DNA from: Candidatus Omnitrophota bacterium
GTDB taxonomy: Bacteria > Omnitrophota > Gorgyraeia > Zapsychrales > Fredricksoniimonadaceae
Assembly (NCBI GenBank): GCA_903944345.1
Contig: CAJARJ010000009.1
Location: forward strand, 65,875 to 129,874
Direction of reading: 5' to 3'
Length of the DNA stretch: 64,000 bases
Position 1 is the first letter of the stretch, and each line of letters begins with the position of its first letter. Of the stretch, positions 29,443 through 39,592 are shown one piece after another. Position numbers and translations under genes: made by a program. The notes below the pieces were generated by a model. It ran no database searches and had not been told where the DNA came from. It saw only the letters and a program-made list of their open reading frames with translations.

Positions 29443-29973
29443 TCAATGCTTTCCAGCGTCATTAAAAAACAGTTTAGCCGGATCAAACTTATCGCGCGGC
29501 TTATCCCCACCCACCGGATGGCCAACAGCAATAACACACAAAGGACTTATATTCTCCGAAAGGCCAAGAATAGCACGCACCGCGCTGGCCCGTTCAGGTC
29601 TTGGATGCGCCGCGGTCCAGCAAGCCCCCAAACCAAGCGCCTGAGCCGCAATCAAAATATTCTGCGCCGCCGCTGCACAATCCTGAACCCAATAATCCGT
29701 AGAATCTCCGCCATGCGCAAGACTCAAATCACTGCCAACCACAATAGCATGCTTGGCCGTAAGAAGCATTTTGGCATATGGAAGTTCTTCGGCCATTTTA
29801 TGAATCAGTGACATATCATCGACAACGACAAAACAAAAATGCCGGGTATCACGCGAAGTCGGAGCCGCCATGCCGGCACGAACCAACTCGGTAAGAACTT
29901 CGCGGCTAACTGGCTCTCCGGTATAACGACGGATACTGCGCCGATCAAAAATAGCCTTAAGAACAGGTTCCAT
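29443..29973 (-). CDS. Nitroreductase-family protein
   Basis: IFDRRSIRRYTGEPVSREVL..AG..APTS signature. Confidence 0.8.
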   Translation of the reverse strand: MEPVLKAIFDRRSIRRYTGEPVSREVLTELVRAGMAAPTSRDTRHFCFVVVDDMSLIHKMAEELPYAKMLLTAKHAIVVGSDLSLAHGGDSTDYWVQDCAAAAQNILIAAQALGLGACWTAAHPRPERASAVRAILGLSENISPLCVIAVGHPVGGDKPRDKFDPAKLFFNDAGKH

Positions 29974-30033
29974 CTTGTCTCCAGAAAAAAGAGGCGGATG
30001 AACCCGCCTCTTTAATTAATAAACATTCTCACA

Positions 30034-32154
30034 TTACAAAAGAATCCGCGCGTCAGCAGCGAATGAACCATCTTTGTTGGTGAACAAAGGATTGATATCA
30101 ACTTCTTTAACATACGGGGCGATGCGCTGAACGGCCATTAATGTTTTGACGATAGACTCCTTGTGCGCGCCCTGTCCGCGATAACCATCTAGCAACTTGC
30201 GGGCTTTAATTTCGCCAATCATTCTGACAGCATCCTGTTCGGCAAACGGTACAACTCGGAACGTAACATCTTTCAAAACTTCAACAAAAATGCCGCCCAT
30301 CCCGAACATCACCGCCGGACCGAACTGCGGATCTTTGTTCATGCCAACGATACACTGAATGCCATCAACCATCTGGCACAAGTTAACACCCATAATCTTT
30401 GCTTTGGGAGCGTTTTTGGCAACATTCTCCATCATCCGCGCAAAAGCTGCGCGCATTTCGTCGGCATTTTTGATATTCAAAATAACGCCGCCAACATCTG
30501 ATTTATGAATAATATCCACCGAGGCAATCTTCATGGCCACCGGATACATCTTCTTGGTTTCAGCCTCACGGACAGCATCCTCCGCGGTAACCGCCATGCC
30601 CCATTTAGGCATCGGGACTCCACATGCTTCCAGAACCTCCCTGGATTCATGTTCAAGTAAATACGTACGGCCTTCCTTGCGGACACGCTCAATAAGCTCA
30701 AGCGCTTGGGCTGGAGGAAGAACCACCGCAGCTTTCTCCTTGGGACGCGAAGAAATCTCCTGCCAATGATAAAGTGTCTTTAAACCGGAAACAGCTTCCC
30801 TGACTTCAGTCATGGCAGGGATCTGGTTCTCATTCAATATCTGAATAGCAGTCCGGGAGCGCTCGCCACCGACCATGGTAACCACAATCGGCTTGTTACG
30901 CTTAACCGTATTGTATTCTTCCACAATCGCCTTGGCGACCTCAACCGGATCGGTTACTGCGGTTTCGCAATAAAGAACAATGACTGCATGAATTCTTGCT
31001 TCATTTAAAGCGATCTTGACCGCCTCCCGATAGCTCTTGCAACCACCGCCACCCGTAACATCAATCGGATTCTTTGTACTGCCAAACTCGGGCATGGTAC
31101 AACGGAATTTTTCCTCAAGCCAAACCGGATCTTCCAGAAGCTTGATCCCGGAATGTTCGCATTCATCGGTTGCGCTCACCCCAATACCGCCGCCATTGGT
31201 AATGATTACGGCATCGTTGCCCTTGGGCATCGGCATACAAAGCACCGAACAGGCACAGAAAGCCTGCGTAAAATTCCTGGCCCGCATCATTCCCAACTGA
31301 TTGAAAGCTGCCGTATAAATAGTATCTGACCCGGCCAATGAGCCTGTATGCGACGCCGCTGCCTGAGCTCCTCGTGAGGAGGAGCCAGACTTGAGTACAA
31401 CCACCGGCTTTTTAACCTGGGTCGTCATAAACTTGCGCCCGTCTTTAATCCCTTCCATATAAATCAGGATAACGCTGGTATTAGGATCATCATTAAAATA
31501 CTCAATGAGTTCTTTTTCCCCTATGTCGGCCTTGTTCCCAAGACTGACCACCGCGGCAAGACCAATTTTTTCCATCATGGTCCACCCCATCAGAGAAATC
31601 GCCAATGCTCCACTCTGGGACACAAAAGCAATCTTCCCGGCAGCCAAATTCTGAGGGCCAAAAGATGCATTCAAATGCGCAGGCGTATAAACAAAACCAA
31701 AAGTATTCGGCCCCAGAAGAGCAATATTGTTTTTGTCGGCAATATCCTTAAGAGCCTGCTCTTCTTTGGTCTTCCCTATTTCAGAAAAACCGGAAGTAAT
31801 AATAACTGTTCCCTTGGTGTTCTTTTTAACGCACTCCTGCAAAACTCCCTCAACCAAAGGCGCCGGGACAGCAATAACCACAAAGTCAATATCGCCGGGG
31901 ACATCCAGCAAAGAAGAAAAACAGGGAACGCCAAGAATTTCCCTGGCTTTCTTGTTAATAGGATAAAGTTTTCCCTTAAAACCATTCTGAACAATATTAT
32001 TCAGAATCTGATAACCGATCTTTCCCGGCTCAGCAGAAGCCCCCACAACAGCAACACTTCTAGGGTTAAAAACATGTTGCAGGTTCTGAACCTTGACTTT
32101 GTTATCTTCTACCTGCCCGCAAGCTACATGACTGTCACTAGACATAATAACCAT
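30034..32154 (-). CDS. Acetyl-CoA synthetase (ADP-forming), fused alpha/beta (CoA-binding + ATP-grasp)
   Basis: CoA-binding N-terminus (VAVVGASAEPGKIGY), succinyl-CoA synthetase-like flavodoxin domain and a C-terminal ATP-grasp; 706 aa. Confidence 0.8.
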   Translation of the reverse strand: MVIMSSDSHVACGQVEDNKVKVQNLQHVFNPRSVAVVGASAEPGKIGYQILNNIVQNGFKGKLYPINKKAREILGVPCFSSLLDVPGDIDFVVIAVPAPLVEGVLQECVKKNTKGTVIITSGFSEIGKTKEEQALKDIADKNNIALLGPNTFGFVYTPAHLNASFGPQNLAAGKIAFVSQSGALAISLMGWTMMEKIGLAAVVSLGNKADIGEKELIEYFNDDPNTSVILIYMEGIKDGRKFMTTQVKKPVVVLKSGSSSRGAQAAASHTGSLAGSDTIYTAAFNQLGMMRARNFTQAFCACSVLCMPMPKGNDAVIITNGGGIGVSATDECEHSGIKLLEDPVWLEEKFRCTMPEFGSTKNPIDVTGGGGCKSYREAVKIALNEARIHAVIVLYCETAVTDPVEVAKAIVEEYNTVKRNKPIVVTMVGGERSRTAIQILNENQIPAMTEVREAVSGLKTLYHWQEISSRPKEKAAVVLPPAQALELIERVRKEGRTYLLEHESREVLEACGVPMPKWGMAVTAEDAVREAETKKMYPVAMKIASVDIIHKSDVGGVILNIKNADEMRAAFARMMENVAKNAPKAKIMGVNLCQMVDGIQCIVGMNKDPQFGPAVMFGMGGIFVEVLKDVTFRVVPFAEQDAVRMIGEIKARKLLDGYRGQGAHKESIVKTLMAVQRIAPYVKEVDINPLFTNKDGSFAADARILL

Positions 32155-32168
32155 CCTTGAATTATGTA

Positions 32169-35100
32169 TTAAGCCTGAGGCGGTTGAACTGACTTAACCG
32201 CAGCAGCCGTCTGGGCTGCCAATGCCTCGTAAATTGCCCACTTCTGATTTACATCCTGTTGCGCCAGCTCAATCAGGCGTTCAGCCTCAACAGGATTCGA
32301 CTTGACCAGCGATTTAAACCTGGTTTCACGATAAGCATAATCACGGAAGGAAAGTTTTGGTGCCGCAGAATCCAAAATAAGTGGATTCTTGCCTTCCTTG
32401 ATCAGCTCAGGATTATAACGGAATAACGGCCAATGACCGCTATCAACAACAGCCTTCTGCTCCAGCAAACCATTAGACATGTTGATGCCGTGCGCTATGC
32501 AATGACTATAGGCAATAATAATAGAAGCACCAGGGTACTTTTCTGCCTCAACGAATGCCTTGACTGTATGTTCGTCCTTGGCTCCTAAAGCCACCATGGC
32601 TACATACACACTGTTATAAGTCATGATCATCCGGGCCAAATCTTTCTTGGCCGTCGGTTTTCCCGAAGCCGCGAACTTGGCCACTGCGCCACGCGGAGAA
32701 GATTTGGACGCCTGTCCTCCGGTGTTCGAATAAACCTCGGTATCCAGCACCAAAACATTGACATTACGCCCGACAGCCAGAACATGATCCAGTCCGCCGA
32801 AACCGATGTCATACGCCCACCCGTCACCCCCGACAATCCAGACGCTCTTTTTGACAAGATTGTCCGCCAGCGAAATCAGGTGCGCGGCTTGTGAGGTTTT
32901 AATTCCGGCCAGTTTCTCTTTAAGAATCTGAATTCTTTTGCGCTGCTCAAAAATCTCGGATTCATCCACCTGCTGGCTATTGAGAATGGCTGCAACCAGA
33001 TCTCCGCCAACCTGTCCTTCCAGACCCTTGAGGAGCTCGCAAGCGAATTCCTGTTTTTTGTCGATGGATAAACGCATCCCCAATCCGAACTCGGCATTAT
33101 CCTCAAAAAGAGAATTCGACCAGGCCGGACCGCGTCCTTCACAATTCTTGGTATACGGCGTTGTCGGAAGATTCCCGCCATAAATAGAGGAACATCCAGT
33201 AGCATTGGCAATAACCGCTCGATCACCGTAAAGCTGGGTAATCAGCTTAACGTAAGGGGTTTCTCCGCAACCGGCGCAAGCACCGGAGAACTCAAACAAT
33301 GGCTGCAAGAACTGAACCCCGCGTACCGTATTTTGTTTGACCTTGCTGCGATCGACCTCGGGAAGACGGAAAAAGAAATCCCAGTTTCTTGCTTCCTGTT
33401 CACGGATCGGCAGAATCGGAACCATATGAATGGCCTTACGGGCAGGATCTTTCTTGCTTTTGGCCGGACAAGCTGATACGCAAACACCGCATCCTGTACA
33501 ATCTTCCGCCGCAACCTGAATACGAAAACGCTTGCCGGAGAACTCCTTGTCTTTGGCCGCTGCTGTCACAAAAGATTCCGGAGCGTTCTTGAGATCCGAT
33601 TCCTCAATAACTTTGCTACGAATAACTGCATGCGGACATACCATAACGCATTTGCCACACTGAATACAAGTTTCAGAATCCCAGTCCGGACACTCGAGCG
33701 CAATACAACGCTTTTCATACTGGGATGTCCCTGTCGGGAATGTCCCGTCTATCGGCATTTTGCTCACCGGGAGACTGTCTCCGCGATTGGCGATAATCTC
33801 GGCCGTTACAGAAGAGACAAACGCAGTAGGTGTCCCGGAAACCGGTGACTTGAGCTCCAGCGCGCTTGTAACAGCTGACGGAACCTTGACTTCATGCAGA
33901 TTGGCAATCGTCGTATCAACCGCCTTGAAATTCTGGGCAACAACATCAGCGCCTTTCTTTCCATAAGCTTTCTCGATCGACTTTTTAATCTGCTTGATGG
34001 CCTCTTCACGCGGCAAAACACCCGATATAGCAAAGAAACATGTTTGCATAATCGTATTGATACGCCCCCCCATGCCAGTCTCGTTAGCAACTGCGTAAGC
34101 ATCAATAACATAAAATTTCAGTTTCTGAGAAATAATATGCTGCTGGGTAACCCGGCTCAATTTATCCCAAACCTTATCATGAGCATAAGGACTGTTTAGA
34201 AGGAATACTGCCCCCTCGGCGGCATCCTTGAGGACATCATATCTTTCCAGGAAAAAGAACTGATGACAACCGATAAAGTTGGCTTTTCCGATCAGATAAG
34301 GAGCATGAATAGGATTTGGTCCGAAACGCAGATGAGAAAATGTCATTGATCCGGATTTTTTGGAATCATAAACAAAATATCCCTGTCCGTAATTAGGAGT
34401 ATTCTCTGCAATGATCTTAATCGTGTTCTTGTTTGCTCCGACTGTACCATCCGCTCCCAGACCATAAAAAAGGCAGCCGACACTCTGGGGATCTTCTATA
34501 ACAAAACTGTAGTCGACATCCAAGCTGGTGTGCGAAACATCATCATTTATGCCCACTGTAAAATGATTCTTGGGAGCAGTCTTTTTGGTCTCGTCAAACA
34601 CCGCCTTGACCATGGCCGGAGTAAACTCCTTGGAAGAAAGACCGTACCGTCCTCCGATAACCTTTGGAACTGAAGAAATAAGACCATCCTGACGACCTTC
34701 AAACAGGGCATTAAGAACATCCTGATAGAGCGGCTCTCCCGCAGAACCTGGCTCCTTGGTGCGATCAAGAATAGCCAGGGTTTTGACAGAGGCAGGCAAA
34801 GCCGCAATAAACGCCTTGACCGAGAACGGACGATAAAGACGAACCTTGATTAACCCAACCTTCTCTCCTTTTTTAAGCAAAGCATCAATTGTGGTCTGGA
34901 TCGTTTCACACGCAGACCCCATAGCAACAATAACCCGATCAGCGTCAGCAGGACCATAATACTGGAACAACTTGTACTGCCGGCCAACCAAAGCCGCCAG
35001 CTTATCCATCGAAGCCTGAACAATATCCGGACATTTCGTATAGAAAGGATTAACCGTCTCACGGCCCTGGAAATACACATCAGGATTCTGGGCTGTGCCA

Positions 35101-35747
35101 CGCATAAAAGGAGCATCAGGTGACAAACCTCTGTTCCGATGGGCAATCACCAACTCGTCACTGATCATTGAACGAATATCGTCATCAGAAAGCTGCTCAA
35201 TCTTGGCCACCTCATGTGACGTCCGAAAACCGTCGAAAAAATGCAGGAAAGGCACCCGACTTTCGAGGGTTGCAGAATGCGCAATCAGAGCCATATCCAT
35301 GGCCTCCTGAACACTACAAGAAGACAATAAGGCAAAACCGGTCTGGCGAACCGACATGATATCCGAATGATCGCCAAAGATGGACAAAGCCTGTGCGGCC
35401 AAAGAGCGGGCTGACACATGAAACACAGTACTGGTCAGTTCGCCAGCTATCTTGTACATGTTAGGAATCTTCAGAAGCAAACCCTGCGAGGCAGTAAACG
35501 TTGTAGTCATGGCCCCGGTCTGCAAAGCGCCGTGAACTGTTCCGGCTGCCCCGCCTTCCGACTGCATTTCCTGCACCAAAGGCACAGACCCCCAGATGTT
35601 TTTAATTTTATTGGCTGACCACTCATCAGCCAGCTCTCCCATGGTCGATGAAGGCGTAATCGGGTAGATTGCCGCAACATCGCTGACTCTGTAAGCAACG
35701 TAAGCCGCTGCTTCGTTTCCATCCAGTGTTACCATTTTACGCGCCAT
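32169..35747 (-). CDS. por: Pyruvate:ferredoxin (flavodoxin) oxidoreductase, single-polypeptide PFOR
   Basis: 1192 aa. The N-terminus MARKMVTLDGNEAAAYVAYRVSDVAAIYPITPSS is typical of PFOR. Two 4Fe-4S ferredoxin motifs (CIQCGKCVMVCPH, CTGCGVCVSACP) and the TPP-binding GDG motif are present. Confidence 0.9.
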   Translation of the reverse strand: MARKMVTLDGNEAAAYVAYRVSDVAAIYPITPSSTMGELADEWSANKIKNIWGSVPLVQEMQSEGGAAGTVHGALQTGAMTTTFTASQGLLLKIPNMYKIAGELTSTVFHVSARSLAAQALSIFGDHSDIMSVRQTGFALLSSCSVQEAMDMALIAHSATLESRVPFLHFFDGFRTSHEVAKIEQLSDDDIRSMISDELVIAHRNRGLSPDAPFMRGTAQNPDVYFQGRETVNPFYTKCPDIVQASMDKLAALVGRQYKLFQYYGPADADRVIVAMGSACETIQTTIDALLKKGEKVGLIKVRLYRPFSVKAFIAALPASVKTLAILDRTKEPGSAGEPLYQDVLNALFEGRQDGLISSVPKVIGGRYGLSSKEFTPAMVKAVFDETKKTAPKNHFTVGINDDVSHTSLDVDYSFVIEDPQSVGCLFYGLGADGTVGANKNTIKIIAENTPNYGQGYFVYDSKKSGSMTFSHLRFGPNPIHAPYLIGKANFIGCHQFFFLERYDVLKDAAEGAVFLLNSPYAHDKVWDKLSRVTQQHIISQKLKFYVIDAYAVANETGMGGRINTIMQTCFFAISGVLPREEAIKQIKKSIEKAYGKKGADVVAQNFKAVDTTIANLHEVKVPSAVTSALELKSPVSGTPTAFVSSVTAEIIANRGDSLPVSKMPIDGTFPTGTSQYEKRCIALECPDWDSETCIQCGKCVMVCPHAVIRSKVIEESDLKNAPESFVTAAAKDKEFSGKRFRIQVAAEDCTGCGVCVSACPAKSKKDPARKAIHMVPILPIREQEARNWDFFFRLPEVDRSKVKQNTVRGVQFLQPLFEFSGACAGCGETPYVKLITQLYGDRAVIANATGCSSIYGGNLPTTPYTKNCEGRGPAWSNSLFEDNAEFGLGMRLSIDKKQEFACELLKGLEGQVGGDLVAAILNSQQVDESEIFEQRKRIQILKEKLAGIKTSQAAHLISLADNLVKKSVWIVGGDGWAYDIGFGGLDHVLAVGRNVNVLVLDTEVYSNTGGQASKSSPRGAVAKFAASGKPTAKKDLARMIMTYNSVYVAMVALGAKDEHTVKAFVEAEKYPGASIIIAYSHCIAHGINMSNGLLEQKAVVDSGHWPLFRYNPELIKEGKNPLILDSAAPKLSFRDYAYRETRFKSLVKSNPVEAERLIELAQQDVNQKWAIYEALAAQTAAAVKSVQPPQA

Positions 35748-35802
35748 AACTACTCCTCTTCTCTAATCTGATATTAAACAATAAAAAGTGACTGCTCCTC
35801 AT

Positions 35803-35833
35803 TAAAAAACAAACCCCGCATACTTATGCGGGG
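35803..35833 (-). terminator. Rho-independent terminator after the HD-GYP gene
   Basis: Perfect hairpin CCCCGCAT-ACTT-ATGCGGGG at 35814-35833. On the minus strand it is followed by TTTGTTTTTT. Confidence 0.5.
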
Positions 35834-36038
35834 CAGCGCCATTCGAACGTCGTGGCCTTGGCGGCCTTGATGGATACAACCGGTGAAAAACAACTATCTG
35901 TGATGACGTGTGCTGAGCTCATAACAAGATGGGATTAAGATTCCTGAAAGAAAATATTTCTCCATATTACACCAATTCCCGAAAGTGTAAATATTTTTTT
36001 CTGAAATACCTAGAGGAAAAAACAGGCTTCCAGATTTG

Positions 36039-37496
36039 TTAAACAAGTCCGGCCAGAACTTCCACAACCCGTTGATCCAACTTTGCGTCCATCGACCTTA
36101 ACTCCGCCACAGCCTCCGCTCTGGACATCGCTCGACGGTGTGGTCGATCTATAACCAGATCATCATAAATGTTAACCGCACACAAGATGCGCACGGCAAG
36201 GGAAATCTGTTCAGCACGCAGACCGTCCGGGTAACCGGAACCATCCAGCATTTCATGATGATGACGAACAATTTCACACAAAGGCTGCAAAGAAGGAATC
36301 GGTCGAATAATCCCCTCTCCGATCTCGGGGTGCCGCTTCATCATGAGCAGTTCCTGATCGGTCAAAGACGATGGCTTGGCCAGAATTTCGTCGGCAACTC
36401 CAATCTTGCCCAAGTCGTGCAACCGCGCGGCATCCCGTAAATATCCGGCAAGCTGATGATCAACTTCAAGCGCCTGGGCTACTCTTGCGGACAAATCAGC
36501 GACCCGCTCCAAATGCCCACGCGCATACGGATCCTTTGCCTCGACCGCCATGGCTAACGCAGCCAGAGTCTCAAAATATGCCCGATCCTGATTTTTACTC
36601 AAAGAAGAATTCTCAATCGCAACCGCAGTCTGGCCGGCCAGATTCGTCAAAAGATCCATTTCTTCATTGCGAAAATTTGATCCCTCTTTCCGTCCGGAAA
36701 TAACCAACACCCCCTGAACATTCTCTCCCAGAAACAACGGTGCGCACATCATGGGGAAATCGAGCCCCTCCTCACCCTCAACAGTGTCCGCATGGTAATG
36801 TGTCTTGGATAATATCAACGCACTCCGATTTAAAAGAACGGGGGCAAAAAGACCGGTTTCAGCTGAAAACCCGTTCTTGGCGAAAGCCCGGGGAGATATA
36901 CCACAAACAGCTTTAACCCGCAAAGTCTTCTTGTCTTCATCCAGAAGCAGCAGAATGCCTTTACGACCAAACATCGCTTCAGTTGTTGTCTCGACGATCA
37001 GATCCAGAAAGGTATCCAGGCTGCTGAGGCTGGAAATGCCATGGCCTACGCGGGTCAAAACCGACTGCAGGGTTTTTTTGGTCAGCTCTAAAGTCTGAAC
37101 ATTCTCTTCCAAGCGATGCGTTACTTCACCAAAAGTTCTGGTCAGAACTTCAATTTCATTCTCACTTCCCTTGAGGTAAGACTGGATCTTCTCCGGACCG
37201 AGAACCTGTCCAAGCCTTGCCATACTGGCATTAGTCACATCAATCAGATTTTTCAACATAAGCCGCATGGCAACATAACCTGCAGCAACACCAAGAATAA
37301 CAATGATAAGCGTAATATTGAGCTGATCAACCGTCAGATCAATGCCTCCCGAATCCTCCAGCTGGGCGTAAAGATACATCAGAACACCAACAGGAATGAT
37401 TGTCATCAACACAAAAAAAACATGAAATTTTAATAAAATAGAACTGTTTTCAAAAGTTTGCAAACGAAATAGCTTCACACCTGCTCCTTTTGTCAT
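36039..37496 (-). CDS. HD-GYP c-di-GMP phosphodiesterase with N-terminal TM/HAMP-like and GAF-like regions
   Basis: HD motif HDLGKIGV, HHE and GYP (GSGYPDGL). The ORF-track start at 37613 is a TTG that overlaps purU by 80 nt, so I trimmed to ATG at 37496. Confidence 0.75.
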   Translation of the reverse strand: MTKGAGVKLFRLQTFENSSILLKFHVFFVLMTIIPVGVLMYLYAQLEDSGGIDLTVDQLNITLIIVILGVAAGYVAMRLMLKNLIDVTNASMARLGQVLGPEKIQSYLKGSENEIEVLTRTFGEVTHRLEENVQTLELTKKTLQSVLTRVGHGISSLSSLDTFLDLIVETTTEAMFGRKGILLLLDEDKKTLRVKAVCGISPRAFAKNGFSAETGLFAPVLLNRSALILSKTHYHADTVEGEEGLDFPMMCAPLFLGENVQGVLVISGRKEGSNFRNEEMDLLTNLAGQTAVAIENSSLSKNQDRAYFETLAALAMAVEAKDPYARGHLERVADLSARVAQALEVDHQLAGYLRDAARLHDLGKIGVADEILAKPSSLTDQELLMMKRHPEIGEGIIRPIPSLQPLCEIVRHHHEMLDGSGYPDGLRAEQISLAVRILCAVNIYDDLVIDRPHRRAMSRAEAVAELRSMDAKLDQRVVEVLAGLV

Positions 37497-37533
37497 TCGA
37501 AAAATAAAGAACAATTTCCTGATTTTCCCTTGA

Positions 37534-38400
37534 TCAATCGAACACAACAGTTTTGTTGCCATAACAAAAGATCTTATGCTCAAGATGCCAGCGCACTGCC
37601 TTGTATAGAACAACCCGCTCCAGATCCTGACCGATCCGCATCATGTCTGCAATCGAGTCTCTGTGAGTTACACGCACCGTATCCTGGTCAATGATAGGGC
37701 CCTGATCCAGTTCAGGAATCACATAGTGACTGGTTGCCCCTATAATCTTGACCCCTTTCTGATAAGCCTGCGCGTAAGGACTGCCTCCGGCAAAGGCAGG
37801 TAGAAAAGAATGATGGATGTTAATGATCCGCCTTGGGTATTGATCTACAAAAGCCGACGTCAATATTTGATGATACCTGGCCAACACCACAAGGTCAATC
37901 TGTCTGTCTGCCAGAATTTCAAGCTGACGAAGCTCCTGCTCATCCTTTGTCTGCGGACTGACAGGAATATGCACAAAATCGACGCCCGCCTGAGCACAGA
38001 AAAACGCAGCATCAGCGTGATTGCTTATGACAAGACGAAAATCACAAGGAAGATGTCCGGAAATATGACGAAACCAAAGGTCATAAAGGCAATGCAGATG
38101 CCGAGAAACAAAAACTGCGATACGAGGAACATGATCACTGAAAGAAATCCTCCAGTCCATGGAAAACTGCTCGGCCACCGAAGAAAACTCTTCGGAAATC
38201 CGATCGCGACTGACCAGAAACCCCTCAAGCTCCCATTTTACCCGGATGAAAAAGACAGAAGCATCCATATCTGTGTGCTGATCAGCATCAACAATATTTC
38301 CACCGCGACGATAAATAAAATCCGTTACAACAGCGGTTATCCCTTTCTGATCAGGGCAAGAAGCCAGAAGTATCGCGTATGCCATGCAGGGAATCCTCAA
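37534..38400 (-). CDS. purU: Formyltetrahydrofolate deformylase
   Basis: N-terminal ACT domain plus the formyl-transferase core (HHSFLPAFAG, SHYV). 288 aa. Confidence 0.8.
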   Translation of the reverse strand: MRIPCMAYAILLASCPDQKGITAVVTDFIYRRGGNIVDADQHTDMDASVFFIRVKWELEGFLVSRDRISEEFSSVAEQFSMDWRISFSDHVPRIAVFVSRHLHCLYDLWFRHISGHLPCDFRLVISNHADAAFFCAQAGVDFVHIPVSPQTKDEQELRQLEILADRQIDLVVLARYHQILTSAFVDQYPRRIINIHHSFLPAFAGGSPYAQAYQKGVKIIGATSHYVIPELDQGPIIDQDTVRVTHRDSIADMMRIGQDLERVVLYKAVRWHLEHKIFCYGNKTVVFD

Positions 38401-38428
38401 TATATAAAAAGATCAATGAACAAAAACT

Positions 38429-38596
38429 CTAATCGTAAGCCGCGTCAAAATCTTTGCCTTCGTATTTCTCCATATAATCTGCCTTGCGCAACCCCCACAA
38501 ATAAACTCCTGCCGCCATGGCGACCGCCAGAAGAATAAAAAAAAGAAATGTCCAGGAATAAGGCTTTCGAGTCGACGGGTCATAAAAAATAGACAT
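38429..38596 (-). CDS. Small single-TM membrane protein (55 aa), possibly CcoS/FixS-like
   Basis: Hand-translated: MSIFYDPSTRKPYSWTFLFFILLAVAMAAGVYLWGLRKADYMEKYEGKDFDAAYD. A GAGAGG Shine-Dalgarno lies 7 nt upstream. The ORF is below the 60-aa cut-off of the supplied track. The W.L[RK]..Y[DE] tail resembles CcoS. Confidence 0.35.
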   Translation of the reverse strand: MSIFYDPSTRKPYSWTFLFFILLAVAMAAGVYLWGLRKADYMEKYEGKDFDAAYD

Positions 38597-38608
38597 CGGG
38601 CGACCTCT

Positions 38609-39181
38609 CTATTTCTTTTGCACAGGCAAAGCCCCCAGACACGCTTCAATTACTATGCATTCTTTGGCCCAATATGTAAAAACAATTTCCTGCATCTTGT
38701 AAAGATCGTAATTAAACTTGGCCCCTGCCGGAGCATTGTTCTTGGACTTTATAGGCGACGAAATAAGCAAAGAAGGGTACCCCATCCCCGCCAGTTCAGT
38801 CCTGATATCCTCGGCTACAGTATTACATATTTCCGCACAAATATCACTTAAAAGCCCCTCGTCAGGCTTGACATCAAGCCGGTCGATCGCCTGAAGAAAC
38901 TTTTCCATCACGTCTTCTTTGATATAAAGAGCCATGGTTCCGACAGGACGCTCATCCTGCTGCTCCTTATCGGAAAGATAAAAATTAAGGGCAGAAAGAT
39001 AGCAGGGAGAATTAAACTTTCCCATTGCAAAAAGACGCATATATCCATTGGACTCGATAATGTCATGCTCACTGACCACCGGTTCGGACGTCGGAAGGAC
39101 ATTAAGCATTTTCTCCATGCTTTGCCTGAGAATCTTGATGATGGTCGCATTCAGTATCTTGTTATCAAATGTTTTTGTCAT
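38609..39181 (-). CDS. CheX/CheC-like phosphatase-family protein
   Basis: SDICAEICN matches the D-x3-E-x2-N motif of the CheC/CheX family, with Pro residues about 16-23 aa downstream. Confidence 0.4.
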   Translation of the reverse strand: MTKTFDNKILNATIIKILRQSMEKMLNVLPTSEPVVSEHDIIESNGYMRLFAMGKFNSPCYLSALNFYLSDKEQQDERPVGTMALYIKEDVMEKFLQAIDRLDVKPDEGLLSDICAEICNTVAEDIRTELAGMGYPSLLISSPIKSKNNAPAGAKFNYDLYKMQEIVFTYWAKECIVIEACLGALPVQKK

Positions 39182-39308
39182 ATAGAAATTCCTGTTGATG
39201 GATATTGATTTATCTTAATCAAATCCGGCTCACGATGGAAGAAAAAATCAAAAAAACAATTGCGCGGGAATGCTCTGGAAGACTATTAAGAATACGGCGA
39301 GCAGTTCG

Positions 39309-39337
39309 TTGACTTTTTGAAAAACGGATGATAATAT
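39309..39337 (+). promoter_or_regulatory. Sigma70-type promoter for the tRNA-Ser pair
   Basis: TTGACT (39309-39314), a 17-nt spacer, then TAATAT (39332-39337). The tRNA 5-prime end is at 39351. Confidence 0.5.
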
Positions 39338-39350
39338 GCCCTGCCTTACA

Positions 39351-39439
39351 GGAGAGGTGCCTGAGTGGTTGAAAGGGACGGTCTCGAAAACCGTTGTATC
39401 GGGTAACTGATACCCAGGGTTCGAATCCCTGCCTCTCCG
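39351..39439 (+). tRNA. tRNA-Ser (anticodon CGA)
   Basis: GGAGAGGTGCCTGAGTGGTTGAAAGG...ACGGT-CTCGAAA-ACCGT...GGGTTCGAATCCCTGCCTCTCCG; class II tRNA, G73. Confidence 0.85.
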
Positions 39440-39454
39440 TGTTATTTGACTTTG

Positions 39455-39581
39455 CAAGCAGGGATTCGAATTGAGCCTCGCTGGATGCGACGAACAGGAG
39501 CATCCTCCAGGCGAGGCGAAGGGCTGACCCGAACGAGCGTAACGAGAGAAGGGCACCGAATCCCTGCCTCTCCGTTTTTTT
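39455..39581 (+). pseudogene. Degenerate tRNA-Ser 3-prime fragment (T-arm + acceptor 3-prime strand) with T-run, preceded by an inverted copy of the T-arm
   Basis: 39556-39574 (CCGAATCCCTGCCTCTCCG) repeats the 3-prime end of the upstream tRNA and is followed by T7. 39455-39470 (GCAAGCAGGGATTCGAA) is the reverse complement of the T-arm. An internal hairpin GCCTCGCTGGATGC/GCATCCTCCAGGCGAGGC is present. There is no 5-prime acceptor half. Confidence 0.4.
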
Positions 39582-39592
39582 AGTTTCTCTGT

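Noticed and set aside
37534-37613. HD-GYP start at 37613 overlapping purU by 80 nt
   Set aside because: The codon is TTG and the overlap is too long for same-strand genes. The in-frame ATG at 37496 is preferred.
38413-38649. 78-aa minus-strand ORF between purU and the CheX-like gene
   Set aside because: Arg/Cys-rich and in a different frame from the well-formed 55-aa membrane ORF (38429-38596), which has a Shine-Dalgarno. Judged spurious.
39219-39556. Two minus-strand ORFs (94 and 102 aa) overlapping the tRNA-Ser genes
   Set aside because: They run antisense across two tRNA genes and the tRNA-derived spacer. The reading frames are artefacts of the structured RNA sequence.
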